A DNA stretch of 64,000 bases, from the NCBI RefSeq assembly GCF_009914755.1, contig NC_060935.1. The stretch is one strand, 5' to 3'. The notes under the pieces are model-generated. The model was given only the letters and a program-made list of their open reading frames with translations. It was not told the origin of the DNA and searched no databases. The translations under genes and the position numbers were made by a program. Below, in pieces: positions 16,538 through 31,039 of the stretch. Source of the stretch: the human T2T-CHM13v2.0 reference genome, Homo sapiens. Position 1 is the first letter of the stretch; the number at the start of each line of letters is the position of its first letter.

Positions 16538-16835
16538 CTCATCATTTTTTCCTCCTTAGAACCTCTTTAATCTGATTTTCAGTAAAAGTGGGACCAAATG
16601 GCCGATAAGCTAAGTTTACTGTGGGTAAACTCTAAGAAAAAAAGAGAGATAACCCACTTGGTCAAGTATAACTTATGGTCAGAAGCAAAATATAGCAGTG
16701 TAAATTTATTCATTCCTTGAGTGCATTCATTCACTCAACAAATATTACTGAGCATGACTCTACTATACTGAGCGGATCTCTACCCCATTAAAGCTCACAG
16801 GCTAGTATATGAGACTGCCACTAAAAGAAGCAATG

Positions 16836-17233
<398 letters not shown>

Positions 17234-17679
17234 GAGCTGAAAACTCAGAGTAGTATTTTTCCATATGAGATAACTGTTAAGAGAGCAGGTTCAGGAGATG
17301 AAAACTGGCTGGATCCAGATGTCCCAGACAGGAACAGTTATCAGTAGTATTTTCATTTGGTTTCATGCTAACCACAATCATTCCTTCTAATCTGGGGCTT
17401 TGGAAAGTGTCTGGGGAGGGGATGCTTTTTTGGCACTGTGTGGCATGTGCAACTCAACCAGGATGCCCTTTTGAGTTCCCTGGAGATGCACGTTCTCTGC
17501 TTCTGAAACAACTTACTCCAGCCCAGGTACTACAAAGGGAAGAAAGACACCTGCGTTTTTACCTCTCTCCCCTGATGCTTTACAGAAATTTAAAAAGAAA
17601 GTTCCATAATAACTCAAGAGTACAGGTACACACATTTTAATAATGTTAGCATTTTTCCTCATATTTCCTGATATTTCCT

Positions 17680-18790
17680 GATTTTCCTGATATTTTCTTT
17701 GGTATTTTAATAAATTTATTTCTAGTCTTTTATATATGTGAATGTTTATTCATATTTATATAATTTTTACAATGTTTGGATCATAATATAAATATTTATT
17801 CTTCCTATTCTCTTAGTTTAACATTGTATCAGGAACATTTTTGAAGTTTAAGTATCTTTCAAAAACAGTTTAAAGGACAATATAATATTCCATTGTATAG
17901 ATATGTTACTTGACCATTCCTCCAATATTGAACATTTAGGATAATTTCATTTTTTTGCACTATACGTAAGATTGTGAGAGACATCTTTCCACATGAATAT
18001 TTGACTGCTTTCCTTAGTACAGATTAGGAGTGAGATTATTGGATGAAAGTGCTTTCTTTTTTTTTTTAAGTATTGCTAAATAGCTTTCTAGAAAGTTTTG
18101 CCAATTTGAAGGGAGTTGAAATCTCACTAGGTTTCAGTTTTACTTAGCAGTGCTTTTTAATTTGGTTTTTTAAAATTGAATTCTAGTGAGATTGGATTGA
18201 TATTTCAAGAGTTCATTGATCATGTCTCTTTTTTTTAAATTTTGTTAATTATCTGTTTGTGTTCTTTGTCATTTTCTCAGTGGTGCTGCTATTTTTTTCT
18301 GATTGATTTGTAAGACACACACATATATGTATGTGTATATGTGTGTTTGTTTATATATACACACATGCACAAACATACCTCTATGTATGCACGTATTTGA
18401 ACTCTTTTTCAATTATTGCAAATGCGTTTTCTACTTTTTCTCAGTTTACAGAACTTTTATATTCTATATATGCAGGTGTATTGATATTTTCTTTGAGGAC
18501 ATCATCACATGCTTTTATATCTTGAAGTATTTTTTACTCAAAATCAAATATTCACTTATATTGTCTTCAAGTTATTTATGTATACAATTTTTGCATGTAA
18601 TCTACCTGAAATTAATTGAGGTGCCTTTTGTGAGGTGAGAATATAACTTGAGGGTTTTGTTTCCCTTTCAACAGGTAATTTTCCTAGGATCCAGTCCTAC
18701 TTATATTGATATTTTAAGTGTGACAAAATTGTTTATATATTCAAAACTGTTTTGGGGCCGCCACCTATTCCATTCAGATGTTTGTATTTA
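17680..18790 (-). mobile_element. Old L1 (L1ME-like) fragment
   Basis: T-rich strand with taatattccattgtatagatatg, gaacatttagg..., atctgtttgtgttctttgtcattttc. Confidence 0.65.
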
Positions 18791-19869
18791 AATTCTTTCT
18801 AGTAAATGAAACCATCAAAACTTATTTCTATTTTGTCAACACTAGGACTATCAGTGTGAGAGACAATAATATCCTATTGTTTAAGGATTGGGCCAAGTTG
18901 TATTGCTGATTATGGATGTGATAAGACAACTGCAAAAACTTGCTGGGTCTCAGGAATGGCCTTAGTGGCAAAGGGGCTGAAATTTAATTCAGAAGAGTTG
19001 AGATTAGGACAGGAGATTCCACCTTAAAGCAACCAGAGAAGCTAGAAGTCAAAGAGGTTAATCAAATAAAAATCTGCAGAAGAAAGCCAAGGCCCAGATA
19101 CTGACAAGAGCACTATAAATTAAAGTTTGAAGAGATCAGACCAAACTTGAGCTCATCTTCACAGAACCAGGTGACAACAGGAGCCAAGGCATCTCAAAGA
19201 GGGAAAGATAGAATATGGGGTGGGGAGGAGCAGGGATTCAGGCTCATCTTCTTGGCTAGCATGGGGACAATGCATGGATGGAGAGAGTGAGTCCAGGGCA
19301 AGGAGCACCAATTTATTTGGGCATCTTGTTTGCAGAAACTTAACACCAGTTTATATTTCCTCAACATAATGGTGAATTTATTACAGAAAGCTGACTTGGA
19401 TAATTTAAATGCCTCCCCACCTTTTTTTTTTTTTTTTTTTTGATTGGTACAAAGACAGAGTTTTGACTGAAATAAGCAGAGGGAGATACCTGTCTCAGTT
19501 CACCTTCTTTGGCAGTGCCAGAAACTGATTCAAATGGAAAGAATGAAAACTGAAGCAGCTCATTTACCAGGAGTGTGCTAGGTATTGAAAATAAGAGAGT
19601 TTTCAATTCTGAAAAGCAGGTCAATTTAACTAAACAGTACTGTCAAAAGAAGATCACTTCCCCTATCTAAAATACAGTGAGGAAGGGGCTGTACCACAAT
19701 GATAGAAAAACTTGCCAGTGTATACTTCCTGCTGCAGTTTTGATGAGCCACTGGCATGGCACACAGCTAACTAGTCCCACAAGGCCACCAAGCTCCACTG
19801 TCCATGCAAGGGCATTTCTGGGAGTGCATAGGGAGTAATGGGTAGTGGCTGGAAATGCAGTCTTTAGTG

Positions 19870-20325
19870 TAAGCTGATCAAAGCTTGAGTCTAGCAATGC
19901 CAATAACTAACCAGCTGTGTGATCTTGAGTAATTTCCCTAACCTCTCTGAGCTTCAGGGTCATCACCTGTAACATGGGCATAATAATTTTATTCACTTCA
20001 TAAGGTTGTTGCAACAACTAAATAACAAAATGCATATGTACTATATGTGGGCCTGATTCATGCATAGAATTCAATTAAATATTAGACTGTGTTCAGAGGC
20101 AGTATGGTGAATGCAAGTGGTAGAACTAAACCTGGATTCAAACACCAGCTCTACTACTTGTTTATTCTATGGCTTCATCCCTCTATGCCTCCTCTAGAAA
20201 ATGTCCATATTAATACAGTGACATCTATTCCATAAGACTGTTGTGAAGATTAAGTGAAATAATATGCACAGGCACTTGATAGTGCCTATCTCTGTAAAGA
20301 CTGGCTGTAGTTATTGCTATCATTT
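19870..20325 (+). mobile_element. Two adjacent MIR copies
   Basis: agctgtgtgatcttgagtaatttccctaacctctctgagcttcag; cctggattcaaacaccagctctactact...gttgtgaagattaagtgaaataat. Confidence 0.75.
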
Positions 20326-20840
20326 TAGTATCCAGAATGTAAAGCTAAAAATCCTCAGGCCAAAAGTCAATAAGAAACTGAAAACATGAAATAAGGGAAA
20401 ATTTCTTTTCCTTTGGAAATCTACTATATAAGTAAAGCTGATTTTCTGAGTTGGTTTTCCCCTCTCTAATGGAAAATCCACATTGCAATAAAATGGATTC
20501 CTGTGGCAATGCTAGAGGCATCCAGCATGTAATCACAGACAAGGCAGCACCTCTAAAACAGCTGGGATGACACTTGCAAGGCTCTGCTGAGTTCATTCAG
20601 AGGCCACAGGATGTCTTTTCTCCAGACTGTGACAGCAGGCATTCTCTCTCAATGCTTTCTTGGGAATCCTGTGGGTGATTTCAGAGCCAGCAGCCAGGAA
20701 ACATCTCTGGCTATGATAAGAATCCCAAGGAGACCTTAGGTGTCCTGATTCCTAGGGCCATGCAGCTCTACCCACTCAAGATTTTAGTTTTAAATCCTTT
20801 CATCCATCCATCAAGCATTTATTTTTTAGTATCTAGGCTA

Positions 20841-21185
<345 letters not shown>

Positions 21186-21379
21186 CAAATTAGGTCCTTG
21201 ACTCATAGAACTTACATTCTAGTGGGAGAGTCAAACATGAATCAGGTAAGTGCACAGGTTAACATATAATTGCAAATTGTGATATAAGTACTGCAACTGA
21301 AAAGAAGAGGAATGATTATGTCTATCTGTAGGGGAAGAATTCCCCAAAGAAGGGGCATTTAAGCTTATATGAAGCATGA

Positions 21380-21678
21380 AGCCAAGTGTGGTGACTCATG
21401 CCTGTAATTCCAGCATGTTGGGGGGCCAAGGCAGGAGGATCATTTGAGGCCAGGAGTTCAAGACCAGCCTGGCCAACAAGCGAAACCCTGTCTCTACTAA
21501 AAATACAAAAATTAGCCAGGCGTGGTGGCAAGCACCTGTAGTCCCAGGTGCTTGGGAGGCTGAGGTATGAGATTCGCTTGAACCCAGGAAGTGGAGGTTG
21601 CAGTGAGCCCACATCTCACCATTGCACTCCAGCCTGGGCAACAGAGCAATACTCTGTCTCAAATAAATAAATAAACAA
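21380..21678 (+). mobile_element. Alu (old S/J type)
   Basis: Perfect TSD ATATGAAGCATGA (21367-21379, 21679-21691). Confidence 0.9.
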
Positions 21679-21700
21679 ATATGAAGCATGAGATATAAGG

Positions 21701-21820
21701 AGCGCCACCAGCTTTGAGTATAAAATCTTCATGAACATTGGCTTGGAGAAAGCTGCCACCAGGTTGAAGAAATTACCAATACTGCCCACCGGAAGTTACA
21801 CGGCCACTGGTGAGCACCAC
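21701..21820. promoter_or_regulatory. Cluster of CTCF-like motifs plus an ETS site
   Basis: AGCGCCACCAGCTTT (21701-21715), GCTGCCACCAGGTTG (21752-21766), ACCGGAAGT (21788-21796), GCCACTGGTGAGCAC (21803-21817). Confidence 0.35.
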
Positions 21821-22229
21821 GCTAGACGACCAGAGATCCCTGGGTATCTGAGCTTGCCAGTTCTTCATTAAAGGAGGCAAAGGTGAGGCAAATACCAGTT
21901 TAGTCCTGCCCACCACGAGGAAGGAAGGCAAAGTGTGTAGTCATGAATCCTTTTCTGTGGGCTTATTCCTCCTTCAGCACCTAATATGTATGTCTCATAA
22001 AAGGGGTGCTTATTGGAGAATGACTAGCACAAAGCTCTGTCAGTATAAATCACAGAAGCTTTGATCATTGCTGAAGGTGGAGGATATGGGTTATAAGGTG
22101 GGCAGGATGGTCCCTACAACCTGCATAGGAGCAGTCTCCAGGGAGAGAAAGGAATGAAATCTCAATTCCTGTATAAGCTACACAGACATTAAGATGTTTC
22201 TCCCAAGCCCTCTATTTTCTACCAGTTTA

Positions 22230-22520
22230 AATCCAGCACATTCCTCAGAAGCCAATTCAAGACTGGCCTCATTCCATGAAACTTCCCTACATCCCAGAGC
22301 ATGTCGTCTGCCCCCACAGTATCATCCTTCCACTGCACTGTGCTGTATTGTTCTCAAGTCACTCAGTGAATTATTTTCTTGCCCACTCAATAAGATGATA
22401 TACTCCTCAAGGACTAGGACTATTCCTTTAGTTCTTTTGTATTCCCCACAGTGCTGTGCTTAGTATTGTGCCCACTCTAGGCACTTAACATATCAATGCC
22501 TGTTGGGTAAATGAATGGTT
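22230..22520 (+). mobile_element. L2 3' fragment
   Basis: tactcctcaaggactaggactatt...tattccccacagtgc...taggcacttaac...aaatgaatg. Confidence 0.6.
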
Positions 22521-25009
22521 TAATTAATCCATATATCTGTAAGATTTCAGTAGGTGGGGAAAATAAAAAGAAGTGGCTCTGAGTATAACAAAATTGAGCC
22601 ATCCCTGGCTGGGGCTGGACAGTTATCTTTAGGAGAGTGTTTAATACTGTATATTGGTTCTTATTTAAACAGAGGGCTTAGGGTCCTATATCTGGAGATT
22701 TTCATCTGTCTAGGGTAATTGAAGGGCACCTCTGCCTGGCAATAAGCGATGGTCTAGGAAGACCTTTCAAAGCCCTTTCCATTTCTAATTCTGATTCTGT
22801 AGATTAGGATGTGTTACCATCTCAGTCCAGAGAGTACATGGTGTGAATGTTAGCCAGTCCTTACAACAGTCCCTGAACCATCTCCTGCAAAGATCTCTAG
22901 AAACTCCAGACCCCTTTGTGAGCTCTGGAATGGGAGATGCACCCCAGCCCCCACCAAATAAAAGCATATTCCAGGGGCCACCAGAGTGCAGCCATTGGTT
23001 TAGCCTCATTAATGCTGGGCTTCTATGAAAGAGTGGGGAAGAAAGAGGATTGTTGCATAAAACTATTTGTCTAAAAATGAAACAAGGAAGATTCAGCCCA
23101 GAGTGCAGTGCTGCTTTACTTCCTTCCTGTTTTAATGGAGGTACAGCATGAGGTAATCTTTTAAGAAAGTCTTAACGGGTTGGAGTAATTTTATTGTACG
23201 TTTATTATTATTCTCATTTAGAAGACTCAGCTATTTTATTCCCAGTTAGGATTAAAGGGATCCTTTCTATTTACTTCTAACAAGCTTTAATATAAAACAT
23301 AGGAACATAAAACTTGCCTCTCTAAAGGCGCCAATAGCCCATCAAATCTGATGTCACTGGTTCAGAAGACACTGAAACAAAAGGCCAGTCTCTGCCAAGC
23401 CAGGCATCTCACACAGCCCAGCAGCAGCAAGGCTGCCGGACAGGAAGGTCTGAGCCTCCACGCATAAAGCATCCATCACTCCCTGGACTCACCCCAGCAC
23501 AAAGGACTCGGTTTTCTCCCATTAGGCAGCACGGTATGCCCTCTTACAGACCCCTTGTCACACTCTATGACCTCCTCAGTTGGTGTGGTCTTTGTTTCCC
23601 GCTCTTATTTTAAAATAACTCAGCTGGCATAGCATTGAAGCCCAGCCAAGTTTTTAATTTAAAAGTTGCCACTCTCTTGAAAGCCTTGGGTGAGTTTGCT
23701 GCTAGGCAGGTGCCATGCTTTAAAGCTATAAGAAGGCATTGTTTTTGTAAGTATTGTCTACCTGTAGAATTGCTTGGAATTATTTTGCTCACTTTGGCTT
23801 TTCTAGTCTCACTTGGCACCTTCTCCAGTCTGTCTGGCCCCCTCAACCCTAAAACCCCAGTTGGAGTTCAGTGAAATCAATTCACCAATGAAGGAAGAAA
23901 GTATTTAGAGACACAGAGTTCCCCCACGCAGCAGTCACTGGCAGCATAAATCACAGGAAACTATAGGAAGGGGCAGCAAAAACCCAGTGAGCTTAGTGCA
24001 TTATGCATTCAGCCTGGAATAATGACCTCTAATTTATTTTAGCTACGTTGCTCTTGGGGAGGGATGCCCTAATCTCACTCTGAAGATTTCAGAATATTTT
24101 TCAGTTGTTCTTCTTGCCTTTAAACCCAGGAATATGGCTTATTCTCTATCTGTGGAGTAGTTAATCTACTCAGACATTTCCCCCTACATTACCATCTGCT
24201 CTACCTTGAATTTTTTACCTCTTCACACTACCCCAGCCTTAGCCTGCTCTGCTGGCTCATTCAGAGATCTTTAATTTCTCCTCTGCCTTTATGTCTGGTT
24301 GCTTATGTTTTGGAGCAGACAATAGAGGTGATATAGGCCATTATTCATGAGTAGCTTCAAGGGTAACGTGAGAAATGCCTCATCTCCTGACCTCTTTTAG
24401 CATAAGAATTGCTGATAAAATTCTGAACTGAAAAGAAAAGTTCTTCTGAGAAAAAATATTAGAGAGCTACTCACTCTGGAGCAGCTTCCTGGAGAAAAGA
24501 CCTGAGGTGGGGAGGGCATCCATAAAAATTTTTAAAAATAAAAATGTTGCACACAAAGGAAAATATTGATTATAATTGACATCACCAGTTTATTACAATC
24601 CATGACAGCATCTGGGAATGGCAATGTAAATTCAAAAGAACTAAAACATCATGACAGCCAACAGTTGAATGGGACTATCTCCAAACCTAATAGACTAGGG
24701 GTCTCTCATAGGAAGCTGAGTGGGCCCTTTTGGTTTCCCTCTCCTCACCTTCATTCCATCAGCCTCAGGTGAGCAATGGCATCGCAGAAGATACGCAGTA
24801 GGAGAAGGAAACTCAACTACCTACCAGCAGCCCCATCACTCTCTACACACTCTGGAGTTGCCAGTAAGAGAAATGTGCAGCCCCAGTGAAATGCCCAAAA
24901 CTGTGGTTCTTAGAGGAACTTTATTCAACAATTACCATTTGTGTGGTAAAATCCTCTGGTCTCTGCAGACACAGACAAAACTAAGCAATTTCTCACTGCC
25001 CATTCTCCC

Positions 25010-26053
25010 TGTGACATCTTTTCCACAGCTGACGCTTCAACTCTCCACTTCACTGATATTGCTCATTTATATTCTCTTTGCCATCCCAAGTCTCTCTCCA
25101 GAATAGCAAATACTTCCAAGACTTTTGCCAATGGCCCCCAGAAACTAAAATTCAACATAGCTAAACAGAACTCCTCATCAGTACTTAACCCTATATGGCT
25201 GGTGTTGTTGATAGCCAACCATTCACCCAGTCACCAGAGCCAGAAACCTGGGAGTCACCCCAACTCCTTCTTTCTAAATGGCTCTCCCCTCCCAATAACC
25301 AACCCTGCCAAATATATCCAAAAGATCTCACCAATCTGAGTTGCTTTTCCAGTGCCTTTGCTGTAGTCTTAATGTGTGTCTTCAGTTTCTCTTGCCTAGA
25401 TGATGGTAGCACCTAAAACCAGCTTCCAGTAATCACACTCTCCAAGCCTTTTCTACATAAACAACAAAGTGCTCTCTTTTTAAAAAAAAAATCAGCATGT
25501 CATTTTATGTTTGAAATCATGCAATGTTACTCCGTTGCTTTCAAGACAAATAAATGTTCATCCCTTTGGCGTGGCATACAGATTTCTTCACAATCTGACT
25601 CCAGCCCACTTCCTTCAACTCAACTTCTGCCAAAGCCTCAGATTCTCACTGTGCTTTAGCTATGTGGAAACACTTGCATTCCCTGGATGTTCTCTCACAA
25701 TTCTTTACACTCTATGCACCATTCCCTCTATTCGTCCTGTCCTTCCTTCCTCTGGCCTTTTGTCTAGGTAATGCCAACTCATCAGTCAGAACCCAGTTCA
25801 AGGATAACTTTGCCAAACTCCCCTGGCACTTGAGTGCTTCCTTACTTGTGCACACCAAAGCACCTTGCTTTCATTATTCACCTGAAAAAAAATTGTTAAA
25901 TGCTTGTACATTGTTTATTTTTTATACATCTGACTTACCCACTACGTGTGAGCTCTCCAAGTGCAAACACTATACCACTCATATTCCAGTTTCCCTCATG
26001 TCTAACACAGTGCTTAGCCCAGAGTAGGTGCCTATAAGAACATATTAAATGAA
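25010..26053 (+). mobile_element. L2 LINE 3' portion (~1 kb)
   Basis: ccattcacccagtcaccagagccagaaacctgggagtca...tctaacacagtgcttagcccagagtaggtgc...taaatgaa. Confidence 0.75.
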
Positions 26054-26589
26054 AATACTTGTCATATATAGACCCAGGGTTAAAGCCAACGTTCCATCCT
26101 TCCCTCGAAGAAATTCTCTTTCTGGTCTCCCACCCAGATCTTGGAAAACAGCACAGTGTATGACTTTGAGCATTAACCTGAGTTAGAGCACCTACGTCCT
26201 AGGCCAGGTCTGTCATCAGGAATGTGTGAGATCTGGAGCAAAGCACCAAATAAACAGCCAACATATGTTCAACATTGATTATGTGACAGATTCCCTGCTA
26301 AGCATGCTACATGCATGATCTTTTTTCCTCACAGCTACCTGAGGCGACAGATGTTAATATCATGCACATTTTACAGGTGACGAATTTAAGTAACTCAAAC
26401 TCATGTTTGATGCCACCTCCCTTCATCTGGGTTATGGAGAGATCAAATGAGACTTGGTGTGTAACACAGCTCTGTAAGCTATACAGATCTACACAAACAT
26501 AAGTCACCATAATTATAGAAAGCAACAAAGATTGTCTAAGTGTAATTGAAGCTTTGTGATTATAGTGAAAAATAAGATGTAAAGATTTA

Positions 26590-26960
26590 AGCCGGGTGCA
26601 GTGGCTCATGCTTGTGATTCCAGCACTTTGGGAGGCCGAGAGAGGCACATCACTTGACCCTAAGAGTTCAAGACCAGCCTAGGCAACATGGCGAAATTCT
26701 GTCTCTACAAAACATACACAAATTAGCTGGGCGTGGTGGCCTGCACCTGTAGTCCCAGCTACTTGGGAGGCTGATGTGGGAGGATTGCTTGAGCCGGAGA
26801 GGTTGAGGCTGAGTGAGCTGAGATGACATCACTGCACTCCAGCCTGGATGACAGAGCAACACCTTGTCTAAAATATATATATATATACTTGTTTTTAGAC
26901 CTTGGCTAAAAATAAATAAAGATTTGAGACAGAGCAAGACCCTGTCTGAAAAAAAAAGAT
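26590..26960 (+). mobile_element. AluJ with compound/duplicated 3' end
   Basis: Alu body to 26869, (TA)n tail, then further Alu-end fragments at 26897-26907 and 26926-26947. Confidence 0.85.
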
Positions 26961-27992
26961 ACAAAGATGTTATAAAGATATTAAGATCCATCATCTTACA
27001 CAACTGAATTCAGATGACTCAGCTGAAATAAGCCCCCAAATCAGGGATATATTGTAAAATCATAGGCGTAGGAACTCAATGTGTCCAAACCCTTCTCGTT
27101 TTGCAATGGAGAAAAAGCTACACCCAGAAGCCGCACAGCTAATCTGTAGAAACCCAGGACTCCTTAGTCAAAAACCACACTATTTGCCCCAGTAGAAATA
27201 GAATATGAGGTTCAGAGAGTGGGACTGATAGAGCTGAGTGTCCAAGTCAGAGAGCGCCTGAGTGTTTCAGAGCCAACATTGAGCTCAATACATGTTCCTG
27301 ACGTCTCTCCTCCCAGACGTTGTGAATGAACACATCTGTCCTTACCAGGCATCCAACTAGTACCACATCCAACAGCCCCAACATATAAAAAAACAGAAAC
27401 GACATGTGTCCAGGAAATTGAGTTTAATGAAAAGCATTAGGATGTAATAGAAAGAGTAAAGACTTTTGAACCAAAAGATGTGGGTGGAAATCCTAACTCT
27501 ACCACTTACTGACTCTTTGGTAATTGAGCAAACCACTTTTCTGAGCCTTGACTTCCTCATCTCTAAAATGAACAAAATGATACCCCTTTATTGAGGGAAT
27601 AAAATATTTGCCCCTGTGTTCAGTACCTTTTGGCTTCTCTTCTATTCATTAAGGTGTGTTGATGTAATACATGAGCCTTGGCCAATTTGCCAAGCCACAA
27701 TATAATTTCATTTTTCTACTTTTAGGAAGTGACAATGTTTGTCTGGTATAACTACATAAAAATGTAGACACATCAAAGACATTAAATATGTTTCTCCTTT
27801 TTCTTGTCACAAGTATCAAGTCTACATTCAGCCAACATGAGTGCCAAGAACACCCTTATTGAATGATAGATTTAGTGTGTGGTTTAGTGATGCTAAGTTC
27901 TCCTGCGTGACTCTCAGCAGTCTAAAAAGAATGATCAAATGTGGGGAAGAAAAATTAACACCAGCTTAATACACTTTCATGCCATATCCTAC

Positions 27993-28245
27993 TGCAGGTA
28001 GTGAATAAGAGTCTGGGCTCTGAAATCAAAACAACATGGGTTCAAATTTCACTCCAGTATATACTAGCTGTCTGGTCTTGGGCAAGTTACTTCTCTTTAG
28101 TTGTGGAATTTTCTTACCGGTAGAATGGGCAGAATAATAGCACCTACTTTATAAACATACGATGAGAGTTAAATTAATGGATGTAAAGGAGTTAGCACCA
28201 GGCCTGACACATTGCAAGAGCTTAATAAATGCAAGCTGTTGTCAA
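27993..28245 (+). mobile_element. MIR
   Basis: gggctctgaaatcaa...gggttcaaat...tactagctgtctggtcttgggcaagttactt. Confidence 0.8.
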
Positions 28246-28837
28246 TACTTACTTTAGACGCATTGTTAAGTGGGGAAAGAAAGCATTAAAATAAAAGAAA
28301 TATAAACCTAATTTTATTGAAAGAGCTCTGTTTTTGTTATCCGTCAGTTCTCCTAATTTGATAGTTGGTATAAAATACTATCGGGTGCTTTGTATGAGGA
28401 ATTTCTCAAGAAGGTACCTTGTTCAGATGTCCTTCCACATTTCTCAAATTCCATCATCTAATGCTAGTCTATCTTCATCCATTATGAAGCCTTTAAAATA
28501 TGACCTAATGCCACTGACTCCTCGATTCTATGAAACATTCCTGGAATCAACAAGGAAAAATGGCATTTTGTTCCAATGATGCCTAATTTAATAATGAAGT
28601 TCTAAAGACTACTCCACTCATTCGAGGCCCCATCAATGCAGTTTCCTTTTGTAGCCATACATATTTAGACAATGCCTACTACTTCCTATTTGAAGCAGCT
28701 GTAGATTTGTGAAACCAGCACTCAAATTGGCATCAGGAGATTTGAAGTTCAAACCTCGCTCTCTGCTCATTTTAACTTTGGTGGAGGTGCTTTATCTCAC
28801 TGAGCCTTATCTTCCTGATGTGAAAATGTATATAATA

Positions 28838-29385
28838 ACATCCATGTAATGGAATATATTCAGCTCTAAAAAGAAATGATCTATCAAGCCAGAAAAAGGC
28901 ATGCAATCGTAAATGCATAATGCTAAGTGAAAGAAGTCAATCTGAAAAGGCTACATACTGTATGAGTCCAGCTATGTGACATTCTGGAATAGACAAAACT
29001 ATAGAGACAGTAAAAGATCAGTGGTTGCCAGGGGTTAGCGGGGAGGGAGGGATGAATAGGCAGAGCATGGAAGATTTTTAAGGCAGTGAATCTATTCTTT
29101 ATGAGACTATAATGGTGGGTACCTGTCATTATATGTTTGTCAAAACCCATAGAATGTTCAACACCAGGAGTGAACCCTCATGTAAACTATGAACTTTGGG
29201 TGATAACGATGTGTCAATGTAGATTTATTGGTTGTAACAAATGTACCGTTTTAGAGGGGGTTGTTGATGGGGGGAGTCTGTGTATGTGTGGCGACAGTGG
29301 GTATGTGAGAACTCTCTATACTTTCCACTTAATTTTTCTGTGAATTTAAAAGTACTCTAAAAAATAAAGTCTATTTTTTTACAAA
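28838..29385 (+). mobile_element. L1MC-type 3' end
   Basis: ctaagtgaaagaagtcaatctgaaaaggctacatactgtatga...gtcaaaacccatagaatg...gtgaaccctcatgtaaactatg...aaaaataaagtctatt. Confidence 0.85.
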
Positions 29386-29764
29386 ATGCATGTAAACTTG
29401 CTCACAGAGCATCTAGAACATTGTGTGTGCTCACTAAATGTCAACTGAATCTAAATGTTCCCTCTACATAGCCTGCTGGATTGTAAATTCCAAGAAGGAA
29501 GGCATCACATATGACCAGAGCATTCTAGAAAACACCTAGCAGAATTCCAAAAACAATCAGTCACAAAATGTTCATATTATGAGGATAATGATTCTGTCAT
29601 AATTTTGCAGGCTAGACTGTACTATCTAGCCTATCATGCACTATCTTCTTAATCTATGCTTCTTCAGGAAGCGTGCCTTTTTAAAATAATTAAGACAATA
29701 TTTTTAAATGAATTCACTTGTCACTGGTGCACACACAGACACACACACACATATGAAAGAATTA

Positions 29765-30057
29765 AGGCTAGGATTAGTGAGATGAGTGAGGTACTTGCAT
29801 CAAGTACAAATAAAGGTGGAACCAAAAATCTCAGTAAATCCAGGTAAATAATGTATTGCATTAAAACATTTTTATTACTTTATAAAAACATGTAAAAATA
29901 CATTATTACGTTATTACATTTAATGCGATATGTATTATAAAAAACATGATTCATGCAAAAAATTCATGATGAATACAATATCTTTTTTTAATACAGAATC
30001 AATATAACTAATTATTTCCTTTTGACTTAGTTTTCAACACGGCTTGGTCCAGCACTA
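29765..30057. mobile_element. Probable hAT-type non-autonomous DNA transposon relic
   Basis: gagtgaggtacttgc...aaaaatctcagtaa...gcaaaaaattcatgatgaa...ggcttggtccagcact resembles hAT-Tip100-class MERs; family uncertain. Confidence 0.4.
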
Positions 30058-31039
30058 AAATGACACTGAGGCACCTGCCACAGATTTTCACTAAGGTAAA
30101 GGTTAAGTAGCTCTTCTTCAGTGGCATCAGGTGCGTCAGTGGTACTAGATGCATTACTGGCCCTTTCTTTTGAAGACCAGACACTTCCTAACAATGTCCA
30201 GAATTATTCTTTAACCTTTCAATGGTGTCCATTAGCAAACATGTTTTAGAGGGTGATTTTAATAAGACACTAAAACCCAAAAGCCATGAAACTGTCTCCA
30301 ATTTCTCACTCCAGCTCTTACTCTCCTCCCATAATACTGTGGAATAGTTTACTGGCCCCTGTAATTATATTATAACCAAGATAACTGTACTCAGATTCAT
30401 AATATATTCTAGGTTTTTGACTTGGCCGAAGGGTCAGTGGCTTACCTAAGCATGAGTGCTGAAATTAAATGAATGGCAGAAGTTCGTGGTTCTCTTTACT
30501 TCCTAAAACATGATGAAAACAGGGACAAACGGGGAATAGGTAAGTGTGAGAATCAGTATGTTGGGGAGGCTGGTGGGAGGAAAAGTTTAAAGGGAGGGTA
30601 TCAGAGAACCCCTATGATCTCACATTTCTAAAGGATACCTTGTCTCGTTTGTAAACAAACACAGTCCTACAAGAACAATTTGCTAACCCACTCTCCTTCC
30701 TGTGGAGATGATTCGACATTCATTCACTTGATATTTCCTGAGCTCTTGTTATGGGCAAGGCATCATGCTTCAAACTATTCAGGACACAAAGGAAAAGTAT
30801 TGGTGTGCAAAATGCAGCACTGGGGTTCCTAAGACTTGCAAACTAATAGAAAAGATAACATATAACAAGAGCCTCTTTGCAGTGTGTAACACTTTCACAT
30901 AAATATCATTTTCACACTTGATCTTTATCCTACTCTAACAAAGGTTAGCTAGGCATCCACACCCTCATTTCAAAAATGAAGAGATCATTCCAAAAATGGT
31001 GACACTAGAGCTACATCATAGCTAATGCTATGTCTTCTT

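Noticed and set aside
19488-19523. Possible minus-strand micro-exon (ttgaatcag|...CAG|gtatct)
   Set aside because: Weak sites that occur frequently by chance
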